DNA of 58,892 bases, taken from contig DATBJR010000113.1 of assembly GCA_036556325.1 (NCBI GenBank), forward strand, positions 1-58,892, written 5' to 3'. The notes beneath the pieces are model-generated. The model ran no database searches, had not been told where the DNA came from, and was given only the letters and a program-made list of their open reading frames with translations. Positions 20,788 through 33,338 of this stretch are shown here, piece by piece (position 1 is the stretch's first letter; every line of letters starts with the position of its first letter). A program made the translations under genes and the position numbers. Source of the DNA: Candidatus Limnocylindria bacterium (GTDB lineage: Bacteria > Chloroflexota > Limnocylindria > QHBO01).

Positions 20788-21858
20788 ATGCCGCCCCCGC
20801 AACCCCTGCTCGAGCGCTACCGCGAGCTGCTGGTCGATCCCGGCGACCCGGACGAGCGCTTCCCGATCACGCTGGGCGAGGGTGGCACCCCGCTGATCCA
20901 TGCCCGCCGGCTCGGCGAGGAGCTGGGGCTCGAGCGCCTCTTCCTGAAGTTCGAGGGCACGAATCCCACCGGCAGCTTCAAGGATCGCGGCATGGTGCTG
21001 GCCGTGAACCGCGCGCTCGGCCGCGGGGCGGCGGCGGTCGTCTGCGCCTCGACCGGCAACACCAGCGCCTCGGCTGCCGCCTACGCGGCGGCGGCCGGGT
21101 TGCCATGCCACGTGGTGCTGCCGGCGGGCAAGGTGGCGCGCGGCAAGCTGGCCCAGGCCGTGGCGGCCGGAGCGCGGCTGATCATGGTCGACGGCAACTT
21201 CGACGAGGCGCTGGCGGCGGTCCGCCGACTGGGCGACGAGGGGGTCGCGGCGGTCGTCAACTCCATTAACCCGGATCGGATCGCGGGGCAGCAAACCATC
21301 GCCTGGGAGATCGTCGATGCGCTAGGCGAGTCGCCGGAGGCGGTCGCCCTGCCCGTCGGCAATGCCGGCAACATCACCGCGGCCTGGGCGGGGTTCAAGC
21401 GCTATGCCGAGGCGGGCATCACGCCGTCCGGTCGACGCCCCCGCCTGCTCGGCTTCCAGGCCGATGGCGCCGCGCCCATCGTGCGCGGCGCGCCGGTGGA
21501 GCAGCCCGACACGGTGGCCACCGCCATCCGCATCGGGAACCCCGCGTCGTGGGCCGGCGCCGAGGCCGCCCGCGATGAGTCTGGCGGGGTGATCGAGGCC
21601 GTATCGGATGCCGAGATCCTGGAGATGCAGCGCCGGATCATCGGCCTGGAGGGCGTCTTCTGCGAGCCTGCCTCGGCGGCCGGGGTGGCGGGGGTGGCCC
21701 GGATGGCCGCCGAAGGCCGCCTTCACGCCTCGGAGGGCGTGGTCTGCGTCCTGACCGGCCACGGCCTGAAGGATCCGGACGCCATTGCCGCCGAGGAGGG
21801 CACGCTCACCCCGGTGCCGGCCGACATCGGCTCGATCCGGCGGGCGATGGGGCTCTAG
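20788..21858 (+). CDS. thrC: threonine synthase
   Basis: PITLGEGGTPLI and FEGTNPTGSFKDRG (PLP lysine) are present, and the size of 356 aa is typical. Confidence 0.9.
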   Translation: MPPPQPLLERYRELLVDPGDPDERFPITLGEGGTPLIHARRLGEELGLERLFLKFEGTNPTGSFKDRGMVLAVNRALGRGAAAVVCASTGNTSASAAAYAAAAGLPCHVVLPAGKVARGKLAQAVAAGARLIMVDGNFDEALAAVRRLGDEGVAAVVNSINPDRIAGQQTIAWEIVDALGESPEAVALPVGNAGNITAAWAGFKRYAEAGITPSGRRPRLLGFQADGAAPIVRGAPVEQPDTVATAIRIGNPASWAGAEAARDESGGVIEAVSDAEILEMQRRIIGLEGVFCEPASAAGVAGVARMAAEGRLHASEGVVCVLTGHGLKDPDAIAAEEGTLTPVPADIGSIRRAMGL

Positions 21859-21890
21859 CTCCCTTCTGGGCCCGCCAAATGGGAGCGCGG

Positions 21891-22982
21891 TCAGCCCGTT
21901 GGGCCGCGCCCGTATCGGCCCATGATCTCCAGCAGGCGGTCAGCCGGCAGGGCGTGGAAGGTGACGCCGTTGCCGGTCATCGTCTCGGCCGCCAGCAGGG
22001 AGTTCAGGATGGCCTCCTCCGTCGCTTCGATGGCTGCCCAGAAGAGGGCGGTGATGTGATCGTCGTCCAGCATCCGGATCTCGCGGCTGACCGCATCGGC
22101 CTGGTCCTCGGCGCGCAGGTTGCGGTTGCCGGTGGCGAAGGCCAGGAAGATGTCGCCGCTGTCATGCTCGCCTCCGCCACCGGTGCGCGCCACGCCGATG
22201 GTGGCGCGCTGCGCCAGGCGCCGGCACTGGTGCGGGAGGAGCGGCGCGTCGGTGGCCAGGATGACGATGACCGAGCCGCCGTCCGCGGCCGGCGAGGCGG
22301 GGTCCGGGCCCGCGATCTCCGTCTCCGGGATCTCGCGGCCGACCGGCACACCATCAATCACCAGGCGATGGCGGCGGCCGTGGTTCGCCTGCACCAGCGC
22401 GCCGACGGTGAACGCGCCGTGCTCCTCGGCCACCAGGCGCGAAGCGGTGCCGATGCCGGCCTTGAAGCCGAAGGCCTTCATGCCCGTCCCGCCGCCGACG
22501 TTCCCCTCGGCCACCGGACCGCCCTCCGCGGCAGCCAGTGCGGCGTCGACATGCTCCGCGGTCACGTGCTGCCCGTCGATGTCGTTCAGGTAGCCGTCCC
22601 ACGTCTCAGCCACCACTGGCAGCGACCAGCGCGGATGGTCGGGATGCGCCGCAGCTGCCGAGCTGGCCGCCACGAGCGCGTGATGGACGATCCCCACCGA
22701 ATGGGTGTTGGTCAGACCGATGGCCGAGATCAGGGTCCCGGCCTCCCGAACCCACTCCAAACCGGTCATCTCCCCGTTGCCGTTCAAGGTGTGGGTGCCG
22801 GCGAACACCGGCTGCCAGCCGGGGTCGCCGCCGTGCGGCAGGATCACGGTGACGCCGGTACGGACATTCTCGCCGCGGATCAGCGTCGTATGGCCGACGC
22901 GGACGCCGGCAACGTCGGTGATGGCGTTCAGGCGGCCGGTCGGCAGCTCGCCCAGCGAGATGCCCAGGTCACGCGCGCGCAT
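21891..22982 (-). CDS. peptidase S58 / DmpA family (L-aminopeptidase D-esterase-like, Ntn hydrolase)
   Basis: I use the internal ATG at 22982 (MRARDLGISLGELPTGRLNAITDVAGVRVGHTT). The family-typical motifs NAITDV.GV.VGH and GGGTG are present. The start is overlapped by 14 nt by the upstream MFS gene. Confidence 0.8.
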   Translation of the reverse strand: MRARDLGISLGELPTGRLNAITDVAGVRVGHTTLIRGENVRTGVTVILPHGGDPGWQPVFAGTHTLNGNGEMTGLEWVREAGTLISAIGLTNTHSVGIVHHALVAASSAAAAHPDHPRWSLPVVAETWDGYLNDIDGQHVTAEHVDAALAAAEGGPVAEGNVGGGTGMKAFGFKAGIGTASRLVAEEHGAFTVGALVQANHGRRHRLVIDGVPVGREIPETEIAGPDPASPAADGGSVIVILATDAPLLPHQCRRLAQRATIGVARTGGGGEHDSGDIFLAFATGNRNLRAEDQADAVSREIRMLDDDHITALFWAAIEATEEAILNSLLAAETMTGNGVTFHALPADRLLEIMGRYGRGPTG

Positions 22983-24705
22983 TCGCCTCGTCCTCGGCGA
23001 TGACGCCGACCTCGACGGGCAGTGGCGTCTGCGCGTCGACCTTCGGCGGCTCGCCGGCGACCGCCAGCCGTGCATCGGCCACGGCGTGCGCCACCGCCTC
23101 GCTGGCGGGCAGGCCGGTGACCGCCTCCAGGAACGGGCTGCGCTCCAGAAGCACCATCTCGGTCGGCTCGAGCGCCCGGACGGTGGCGGTCCGCGGCACG
23201 CTGCGCAGCAGCGCGATCTCGCCGAAGGACTCGCCGGCCTCCTCCTCGCGCACCTCGCGACCGTCCACGGTGACGAGCACCCGACCGGAGGTGACGATGT
23301 AGAAGTGGTCGCCGGGATCGCCCTGCTGGACGACCACCGTGCCGGGATGGGCGTGGACGGGGACGAGGGCGCAGGCGAGGCGGTCGATGGCCGCCGGGCC
23401 GAGCGGCTCGAACATCGGGATGCCGCGCAGCAGCTCCACGTCCTGCTGGCGTGCCGCCCCCAGCGTGTCCAGCCGTCGCAGCGCCGGCCAGGCCAGCCCC
23501 GAGGTCACGAGCATCGCGCCGGCCGCCAGCAGGAAGGCGGTCCCCTCGCCAGCGAGGGCGACGAGCAGCGGCGCCAGGATCGAGCCGATGGCCAGCGATC
23601 CCATGTGGACGCCCTCCAGCAGGCCGAAGATGCGCGCCAGCATGCGGTCGGGTGCGACCCGCTGCAACAGGGTGTGGCTCGACGTGTCGAGCAGCATGCG
23701 GCCCAGGCCGGCGACCGCCAGCAGGGCGACCACCGCCGCCAGGCTGCCGAACTGTCCCACCAGACCCAGCGGCACGGCCCACAGCAGCACGCCGATCGCG
23801 ACCGGCACCGCCAGGCCCCGCCGGCCGATGAGGGTCATGCTCGCCGCCGCCGCGCCCAGCAGCCCCCCGGCGCCCAGCGCGGCGTTCAGCAGGCCGACGC
23901 CGGAATCGCCGATGCGCAGCACGTCGATGGCCAGCACCACCAGCAGCACGTCGAGCACGCCCCACAGCACCGAGCCGGCGGCGATGATGGCCAGCACCAC
24001 GCGGGGCTGGCGCTCCCTGAACGCAAGCCGGAAACCGGTGAACATGTCGGCCGCCGCTGTCGCGAAGCCGCCGGCCTGCTCGTGGAGTGGCTCTTCGTGC
24101 GGATGGGTCCGTGCCCCGCCCACGAGCACGGCGCCGGCAACGAGCACGATGGCCGACAGCGCGAACACGACCGCCGGGCCGGTGAGCGCGAGGGCCAGGC
24201 CCGCCAGGGCAGGGCCCATCAGCATGGCGCCGGTCTCGATCGTGGCCGAGGCCACGTTGGCGGTGGTCAGCTCCGACGGCGTGCGGGCCAGCGACGGCAG
24301 CAGCGCGCCCTGGATCGGCCGGGTCAGGGTGATACTGCTGTTGGCCAGCGCGGCCGCCAGGTAGACGACCCAGCTCGGCGCACCGGCGGCCAGCGCCACC
24401 GTCCCGAGCGTCATGCTCGATGCCTGCAGCCCGTACGCGAAGAGCAGGGCCCGCTCGCGGCGGAAGTGGTCGCCGAAGGTGGCCGCCATCGGCGCCACCA
24501 GCGCCGCGGGCGCCAGCTGGATCAGGGCGGCGACGCCGGTCTCGGTGGCTCCCCCCCGAGCGAAGGCGTAGACCAGGATGGCGATCCAGCTCATCCATTC
24601 GGCCAGGCTGAAGCCGATGAAGGCAAGCAGCACCCGACGGATCGCCGGATTCGCGAACGCGGCCCGGACGACGATCAGTCGCGCGCGACGACCTCGCTGC
24701 GCCAT
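22969..24705 (-). CDS. MFS transporter fused to a C-terminal cyclic-nucleotide-binding domain
   Basis: The protein is 578 aa. About 12 hydrophobic helices are followed by LLRGIPMFEPLGPAAIDRLA...GDPGDHFYIVTSGRV...GESFGEIALL..PRTATV, a classical cNMP-binding (CAP effector-like) signature. Confidence 0.8.
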   Translation of the reverse strand: MAQRGRRARLIVVRAAFANPAIRRVLLAFIGFSLAEWMSWIAILVYAFARGGATETGVAALIQLAPAALVAPMAATFGDHFRRERALLFAYGLQASSMTLGTVALAAGAPSWVVYLAAALANSSITLTRPIQGALLPSLARTPSELTTANVASATIETGAMLMGPALAGLALALTGPAVVFALSAIVLVAGAVLVGGARTHPHEEPLHEQAGGFATAAADMFTGFRLAFRERQPRVVLAIIAAGSVLWGVLDVLLVVLAIDVLRIGDSGVGLLNAALGAGGLLGAAAASMTLIGRRGLAVPVAIGVLLWAVPLGLVGQFGSLAAVVALLAVAGLGRMLLDTSSHTLLQRVAPDRMLARIFGLLEGVHMGSLAIGSILAPLLVALAGEGTAFLLAAGAMLVTSGLAWPALRRLDTLGAARQQDVELLRGIPMFEPLGPAAIDRLACALVPVHAHPGTVVVQQGDPGDHFYIVTSGRVLVTVDGREVREEEAGESFGEIALLRSVPRTATVRALEPTEMVLLERSPFLEAVTGLPASEAVAHAVADARLAVAGEPPKVDAQTPLPVEVGVIAEDEANARA

Positions 24706-24726
24706 CGCGAGATCATCGCATGCTTC

Positions 24727-25131
24727 TCAGCAGTCGCAGGCCTTGAGGGCCGCGGCGACGAACTCCTCCGGCGGGGCCGTCTTCGAGACGAACTGCGCAT
24801 CGGTGGGCACGCCCTCGCGCTCATCGGTCCAGCCCATCAGGACCAGTCGCACCGAGGGCCAGCCCAGGCTGATGCCGGAGAGCAGCGCGCGGCCGGCGTC
24901 GATATCGGGCAGGCGGGGGTCGACCAGCAGCACGGTCGGCTGCGTGGCCTCCACCAACTCCATGGCCGAGCGCACGTCGCCGGCGGTGCCGATGACCTCG
25001 ACGCCCGCAACGCGCAGGACGTCCGCGATGGATTGCTGAACTCGACGATCAGCGTCGATCACGCCGACGCGGGGATGAGTGGATTGATTGCCATGCTTGC
25101 CCGAGGCCTTCCCCAGGTCCGTTGTTGTCAT
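24727..25131 (-). CDS. stand-alone receiver-like domain protein
   Basis: VGVIDAD, TVLLVDPRLPDID (putative phospho-acceptor Asp) and FVSKTAPPEEF (conserved Lys) are present, and there is no output domain. The motifs are somewhat degenerate. Confidence 0.55.
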   Translation of the reverse strand: MTTTDLGKASGKHGNQSTHPRVGVIDADRRVQQSIADVLRVAGVEVIGTAGDVRSAMELVEATQPTVLLVDPRLPDIDAGRALLSGISLGWPSVRLVLMGWTDEREGVPTDAQFVSKTAPPEEFVAAALKACDC

Positions 25132-25193
25132 GCCCCGATGATGGGCCCACGCCTCCGGGAAATCGTCGTCGGAGCGGCCGAGAGGCGGCTACG

Positions 25194-28187
<2,994 letters not shown>

Positions 28188-28258
28188 GAGGCGAGAGGAT
28201 ACGGGATCGTCCCGATGGCGGCCCACCGCGCGCCCAGCGGCATGAGGACGTACGTCAC

Positions 28259-28282
28259 TTGGCCGATGGTGGCATCGGCCAA
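28259..28282. promoter_or_regulatory. perfect 10-4-10 palindrome TTGGCCGATG-GTGG-CATCGGCCAA (candidate operator)
   Basis: The exact inverted repeat is read directly from the sequence. It lies in the 197-bp divergent region between the kinase start (28187) and the membrane-protein start (28385). Confidence 0.4.
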
Positions 28283-28384
28283 TGATGCAGACGTCGGTCG
28301 TGCCGACGCCCAATGGCACGCCGGCGCCGCGCGCCTACCTTCGCTGGGAGACGTCGTCAGACGGCGGCGCGCAACCGAAGCGAC

Positions 28385-28843
28385 ATGGAGACCCGTCCAA
28401 TGACCGCACATACCCACCCGGCGACCCGCGCATCCCACGCCTTCGGTGCCGCGCTGACCGTCGCCATCGTGGCCCTGGCACTGACCACCGGCTACATCCA
28501 CCTCGGCCTCGGGGGGCTGCTGTTCACGCTGAACGCTCTCGGCTACGCCGGGCTGGCCGCGCTGTACGTGGCCGGCAGCGTCGCGCCGCACTCGCTGGTC
28601 ACCCGCTTCAGCTGGTTCCCACGCGTCGCGCTCGCCGGTTACGCCGCGGTCACCATCGTGGCCTGGGCGATCCAGGGTCCCTACTTCCCGCTGGCGTACT
28701 TCGCCAAGGGGGTGGAGGTCACCCTGATCGGCCTGATCGCGATTGACGTGTTCCGCGTCTATGGCGGCCCGGCCGGCCTGATCCGCAGCGCGGTCGCGTC
28801 CGTGTTCGGCGCGGGCGGCCGGGGCGGCATGGCCCCCGCCTGA
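28385..28843 (+). CDS. hypothetical membrane protein
   Basis: I use the internal ATG at 28385 (METRPMTAHTHP). About 4 hydrophobic segments are present (ALTVAIVALALTTGYIHLGLGGLLF and others), and GC3 is high. I recognise no family. Confidence 0.5.
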   Translation: METRPMTAHTHPATRASHAFGAALTVAIVALALTTGYIHLGLGGLLFTLNALGYAGLAALYVAGSVAPHSLVTRFSWFPRVALAGYAAVTIVAWAIQGPYFPLAYFAKGVEVTLIGLIAIDVFRVYGGPAGLIRSAVASVFGAGGRGGMAPA

Positions 28844-28862
28844 TTCAGCTCCCACCGGCACC

Positions 28863-28892
28863 GAGCCCGACCGACCTTCCGCGGTCGGGCTC
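28863..28892 (+). terminator. GC-rich hairpin (11-bp perfect stem GAGCCCGACCG / CGGTCGGGCTC, 8-nt loop)
   Basis: The hairpin starts 20 nt after the stop at 28843 and is followed by GTTCGTTGCT, a weak T tract. Two further imperfect hairpins follow at about 28897-28930 and about 29000-29036 in the same convergent spacer. Confidence 0.4.
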
Positions 28893-29066
28893 GTTCGTTG
28901 CTCCGGGAATTCTCTGCCCGGGAGAGCAACGACGAAGAATCAGGCCCGTGGACGGTCCCGGGGAAGGTTCGTGACCGAAATTCCCACGAGCGGAGCATCG
29001 CGAGCAGGAACGAGAGGCTCCTCCCTCGTTGCTCGTCCCCACCGGAGAGTCAGCGCCCAGGCGACC

Positions 29067-29723
29067 TCAGGTTGCGTCGATGAGCTTGTGCTCCACGGCG
29101 TAGAGGGCGGCCTGGGTGCGGCTGGCCAGGCCCAGCTTGCCGAGGATATTCGAGACATGGGTGCGGGCGGTACGCTCGGTGATGTCCAGCTCGTAGGCGA
29201 TCTCCTTGTTGGACGCGCCCTTGCCAAGCTGCGCCAGCACCTCCTTCTCGCGGGGGGTCAGCGGTTCCACCGGCTCCTCCTCGCGCCGCGTCCGGAGCCG
29301 TTGCGCGAGCAGCCGCGCGACCGCCGCATCCAGGTGCACCTCGCCCGCGTGCGCAGCGCGGATGGCGGTGGCCACCTCCTCGGCATCGGCGTCCTTCAGC
29401 AGGTAGCCGGAGGCGCCGGCCTCCAGCGCCGAGGTGACCTTCTCCTCTTCGATGAAGCTGGTGACCGCGATGATCTCGATCATCGGCGTGGCGTGCTTGA
29501 TGGCCGCAATGGCCGCCAGCCCATCCATCTTCGGCATGAGCAGGTCCATCAGGATGACGTCGGGGCCCAGCTCGCCCGCCAGGCGGACTGCCTCCAACCC
29601 ATCGGCCGCCTCGCCGACGACCTCGATGTCCGGCTGGAGCTCCAGGAAGCCCCGCAGGCCGCGTCGCACGACTTCGTGGTCGTCGACCAGCATGATGCGG
29701 ATGCGCTCGTGGTCCTCCGTCAC
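29067..29723 (-). CDS. NarL/LuxR family two-component response regulator
   Basis: The receiver carries IRIMLVDDHEVV, VILMDLLMPKMDG and YLLKD, and a LuxR HTH follows (LTPREKEVLAQLGKGASNKEIAYELDITERTARTHVSNILGKLG). The start is a GTG. Confidence 0.9.
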   Translation of the reverse strand: MTEDHERIRIMLVDDHEVVRRGLRGFLELQPDIEVVGEAADGLEAVRLAGELGPDVILMDLLMPKMDGLAAIAAIKHATPMIEIIAVTSFIEEEKVTSALEAGASGYLLKDADAEEVATAIRAAHAGEVHLDAAVARLLAQRLRTRREEEPVEPLTPREKEVLAQLGKGASNKEIAYELDITERTARTHVSNILGKLGLASRTQAALYAVEHKLIDAT

Positions 29724-29729
29724 GCGCAG

Positions 29730-29735
29730 AGGATA
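29730..29735 (-). promoter_or_regulatory. candidate -10 (TATCCT) placed 6 nt upstream of the response-regulator GTG (leaderless geometry)
   Basis: The minus strand reads TATCCT-ctgcgc-GTG. No Shine-Dalgarno is possible in the 34-nt spacer. Confidence 0.35.
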
Positions 29736-29745
29736 CCGGGTCGGC

Positions 29746-29751
29746 TAGATT
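29746..29751 (+). promoter_or_regulatory. candidate -10 (TAGATT) placed 6 nt upstream of the tag ATG (leaderless geometry)
   Basis: The plus strand reads TAGATT-cgcccg-ATG, matching the TANNNT consensus of actinobacterial -10 elements. Confidence 0.35.
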
Positions 29752-29757
29752 CGCCCG

Positions 29758-30345
29758 ATGCCCGCGCCTGACGCACGCACCCGCTGCGAATGGGGTGCAT
29801 CGGACCCCCTCTACGTCGAGTACCACGACCGCGAATGGGGCGTCCCCTTGCGCGATGACCGGGCCCTGTTCGAGCTGCTCTGCCTCGAAGGGGCGCAGGC
29901 CGGGCTGGCCTGGATCACCATCCTGCGCAAGCGCGACGGCTACCGCCGCGCCTTCGCCGGCTTTGAGCCGGAACGGGTGGCGCGCTTCGGCGACGCGGAC
30001 ATGGACCGCCTGCTGGCGGATCCGGGGATCGTGCGCAATCGGGCCAAGGTGAACTCGGTCGTCGGCAATGCCCGGGCCTACCTGCGCCTGGCCGATGACA
30101 TCGGCTCCTTCGCCGACCACCTCTGGTCCTTCGTGGACGGCCGGCCGGTCCAGAACCGATGGCGCCGCCTGGCCGATGTCCCGCCCGAGACCGATGCCTC
30201 GCGCGCCATGTCGCGTGACCTGAAGCGACGCGGATTCAGCTTCGTGGGGCCCACGATCGTCTATGCCTTCATGCAGTCGGCGGGGATGGTCAACGACCAC
30301 GTGGCCGACTGCTTCCGGCAGGCGGAGGTCGCGGCGCTGGGCTGA
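29758..30345 (+). CDS. tag: DNA-3-methyladenine glycosylase I
   Basis: [22 protein letters not shown] and [19 protein letters not shown] are highly characteristic Tag motifs. Confidence 0.9.
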   Translation: MPAPDARTRCEWGASDPLYVEYHDREWGVPLRDDRALFELLCLEGAQAGLAWITILRKRDGYRRAFAGFEPERVARFGDADMDRLLADPGIVRNRAKVNSVVGNARAYLRLADDIGSFADHLWSFVDGRPVQNRWRRLADVPPETDASRAMSRDLKRRGFSFVGPTIVYAFMQSAGMVNDHVADCFRQAEVAALG

Positions 30346-30381
30346 GGGACGAGCGGCGTCGCTACCTATACTCGCCGGGCC

Positions 30382-31338
30382 ATGCCGCCCATCGCTTCGG
30401 TCGACGTTCCCGCCAGCAGCGCCAACCTCGGCAGTGGCTTCGACTGCTTCGCGGCGGCGCTCAGCCTGAAGCTGCGCGCCGAGCTGTTCGAGGCCGACGA
30501 GGCGGGAATCGTGCTCAACGCCCACGGCGAGGGCGTCCCGCGCGCTGGCGACGATCCGGAGGGAAACCTCGTGATCCGGGCCTTCCGCGAGGGGATGCGG
30601 GCGTCCCATGGCGCCACGTCGGGAAGCGGCGCCTGGCGGCTGGAGGTGAGCAGCATGATCCCGGCCGCGCGCGGGCTGGGCAGCTCCGCCGCGGCCATCG
30701 TGGCGGGGCTGCTGTTGGGCGCCAGCGTCGGCCGCAGCGCCGCCGAGCCCGACACGTTGCTGGGCCTGGCTGCGGCGCTGGAGGGCCACCCGGACAACGT
30801 ATCCGCAGCGCTGTACGGGGGCTTCACGCTCGCCGTCGGCGACGAGGCGGGCAAGCTCTCCTTTCGGCGCTTTCGTGTCCCCGAAGCGTGGATCCCGGTT
30901 GTCTTCGTGGCAGCGGACGAGAGCCGGACGCACGAGATGCGCGCGGCGCTCCCGCTGGCCGTGCCACATGGCGACGCCGCGCTCCAGGCGGGGCGCAGCG
31001 CGCTGCTGGCCACGGCCATCCTGACCTCGGATGCGGGCATGCTCCGCGAAGCGATGCGCGATCGCCTGCACCAGCCCTACCGCCTGCCGCTGCTGCCGGG
31101 GAGCGGCGAGCTGATCGAGCTCGCCTACGAGCGCGGGGCAGCAGGCGTCTGCCTTTCCGGCGCCGGGCCGAGCGTGCTGGCCATCTGCGATTCCCCCATG
31201 AGCGCGCATGGCGTGGAGAAGGCGTGGAATGCCGCCGGGGTGGCAGGGATGGCGACCAGGCTGCGCTTCGATACGGCCGGCGCGCGGCTGACGACACCCG
31301 ACTTCGCGATCGACCAGGGGCAGAGCGATCGGCCATGA
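30382..31338 (+). CDS. thrB: homoserine kinase
   Basis: [14 protein letters not shown] and the GHMP kinase motif [12 protein letters not shown] are present. The protein is 318 aa. Confidence 0.9.
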   Translation: MPPIASVDVPASSANLGSGFDCFAAALSLKLRAELFEADEAGIVLNAHGEGVPRAGDDPEGNLVIRAFREGMRASHGATSGSGAWRLEVSSMIPAARGLGSSAAAIVAGLLLGASVGRSAAEPDTLLGLAAALEGHPDNVSAALYGGFTLAVGDEAGKLSFRRFRVPEAWIPVVFVAADESRTHEMRAALPLAVPHGDAALQAGRSALLATAILTSDAGMLREAMRDRLHQPYRLPLLPGSGELIELAYERGAAGVCLSGAGPSVLAICDSPMSAHGVEKAWNAAGVAGMATRLRFDTAGARLTTPDFAIDQGQSDRP

Positions 31339-33338
31339 GCCTGCTGACCCTGGTCGGCGTGGCCAAGAGCCACGGCGCCCAGCACCTGTTCGACGGCGTG
31401 GACCTGCAGGTCGGCGCCGGCCGCCGCCTCGCGATCGTCGGCCCCAACGGAGCCGGCAAGACCACCCTGCTCGAGATCATCACCGGAGAGCAGGAGCCCG
31501 ACGCCGGAACGGTCACGCGGGCGCGCGACCTCGTCATCGGCTACCTGCGCCAGGAGGTGGCCGAGGGGCGCGGCCAGACGGCCATCGCCGAGGTGCTGGC
31601 TGGGGCCGGCGCGGTCACCGGCATCGGGCGCCGGATGCGCCACATCGAGGCCGAGCTGGCCGACGCCAGCCAGGAGGACGAGCTGGCCGAGCTGATGGAC
31701 GAGTACGGCCGGCTGCAGCATCGCTTCGAGGCCATGGGCGGCTATGGGCTCGAGGCGGAGGCGCGCCGCATCCTGGCCGGCCTGGGCTTCGCGGAGCGCG
31801 ACATGGAGCGGCGCACGACCGAGTTCTCGGGCGGCTGGATGATGCGCATCGCCCTTGCCCGGCTGCTGCTGCAGAATCCCGACCTGCTGCTGCTGGACGA
31901 GCCAACCAACCACCTGGACCTGGCGTCGGTCGAGTGGCTGCAGGGCTTCCTGGCCGAGTACGCCGGGGCCGTGATCCTGGTCAGCCACGACCGTGATTTC
32001 ATCAACGCGGTCGTCAACCGGGTGGCGGAGCTCCATGCCGGCAGCCTGACGGAGTACGCCGGCGACTACGCCGACTTCGTTGAGCAGCGCGAAGAGCGGA
32101 TCGGCCAGCTGGAGCGCCAGGCCGCCGCCGAGGGTCGCAAGATCGCCCAGGTCGAGCGCTTCATCGAGCGCTTCCGCTACAAGGCCACCAAGGCGCGGCA
32201 GGTCCAGAGTCGCATCAAGGCGCTGGACCGCTTGGAGCGGGTGGCTGCACCAGCGCCGAAGGCCAAGTCTGTCAAGTTCCGATTCCCCGACCCACCGCGC
32301 AGTGGCCGGACCGTGATCACCCTGGACGGGATCGTCAAGCGGTACGGGATGCAGACGGTCTACGACGGCCTCGATCTCGTGCTCGAGCGCGGCCAGAAGG
32401 TCGCCCTCATTGGGCCCAACGGCGCCGGCAAGAGCACCCTACTGAAGATCCTGGCCGGCGTGCTGCCGTTCGAGGGTGGCAGCCGAGAGCTCGGCTCGAA
32501 TGTACGGGTGGCGTACTTCGCCCAGCACCAGATCGAGGCGCTGAACCCGGACAACACGGCGCTCCAGGAGCTGACCGGGGCGGCGCCGCGCATGACGAGC
32601 AGCGAGGTGCGCAGGCTGCTCGGCGCCTTCCTGTTCTCCGGAGACGCCGTCGACAAGCCGGTGGGCGTCCTCTCCGGCGGCGAGCAGACCCGCCTCGCCC
32701 TCGCCAAGCTCATGGCCGATCCGGCCAACCTGCTGTGCCTGGACGAGCCGACCAACCACCTCGACATCGCCAGCCGCGACGTCCTGGAGGACGCCCTGAA
32801 CGCGTTCCCCGGCACGATCGTGCTGATCACCCACGACCGCTACCTGATCCGCAGCGTGGCCAACATGATCGTAGAAGTCGACGGCGGCACAGCCACCCCC
32901 TTCCGCGGGGACTTCGAGTACTACGCCGCCAAGCGTGGCCTGGACATCGAGGCGCGAGGCGCAGTCGAGGGACGCGCCACGCCACGCGGGCTGGAGCGGC
33001 GCGAGGCGCGACCACGGGAATCCGCCGCCACCTCCGCAGCACGCAGGCGCGCCGAGGCCGAGGCCCGCAATCGGCGCTACCGTCGGACGCGCGACCTGAA
33101 GGCCAGCCTGGCGCGCGTGGAGGCCGATGCTCGTGCAGCCGATGCCGAGCTGGCGGCCACCACCGAGGCCCTGGCCGATCCGCAGGCCTATGCCGATCCA
33201 GAGGGCGTCCGCCAGCTCATCGAGCACCACAACGCGGCGCGGGACCGCAGCGATCGGCTGGCCGCCGAGTGGGCGCGGCTGGCTGCGAAGCTGGAGGCGC
33301 TGGAGGCCGAGCCGGCCGCGGCCGATCGGCGGTCGTGA
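31335..33338 (+). CDS. ABC-F family ATPase (intact paralogue, two ABC cassettes plus a C-terminal coiled coil)
   Basis: The start ATG at 31335 overlaps the thrB stop (ATGA). Walker A motifs are GPNGAGKTT and GPNGAGKST, and the signatures are FSGGWMMR and LSGGEQTRL. There is no transmembrane domain. Confidence 0.9.
   Translation: MSLLTLVGVAKSHGAQHLFDGVDLQVGAGRRLAIVGPNGAGKTTLLEIITGEQEPDAGTVTRARDLVIGYLRQEVAEGRGQTAIAEVLAGAGAVTGIGRRMRHIEAELADASQEDELAELMDEYGRLQHRFEAMGGYGLEAEARRILAGLGFAERDMERRTTEFSGGWMMRIALARLLLQNPDLLLLDEPTNHLDLASVEWLQGFLAEYAGAVILVSHDRDFINAVVNRVAELHAGSLTEYAGDYADFVEQREERIGQLERQAAAEGRKIAQVERFIERFRYKATKARQVQSRIKALDRLERVAAPAPKAKSVKFRFPDPPRSGRTVITLDGIVKRYGMQTVYDGLDLVLERGQKVALIGPNGAGKSTLLKILAGVLPFEGGSRELGSNVRVAYFAQHQIEALNPDNTALQELTGAAPRMTSSEVRRLLGAFLFSGDAVDKPVGVLSGGEQTRLALAKLMADPANLLCLDEPTNHLDIASRDVLEDALNAFPGTIVLITHDRYLIRSVANMIVEVDGGTATPFRGDFEYYAAKRGLDIEARGAVEGRATPRGLERREARPRESAATSAARRRAEAEARNRRYRRTRDLKASLARVEADARAADAELAATTEALADPQAYADPEGVRQLIEHHNAARDRSDRLAAEWARLAAKLEALEAEPAAADRRS

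Noticed and set aside
28759-29042. Small ORFs (65-79 aa) in the 223-bp convergent spacer between the membrane-protein gene and the NarL regulator.
   Set aside because: The region is dominated by three hairpins consistent with terminators. The ORFs have poor GC3 and no ribosome-binding sites.
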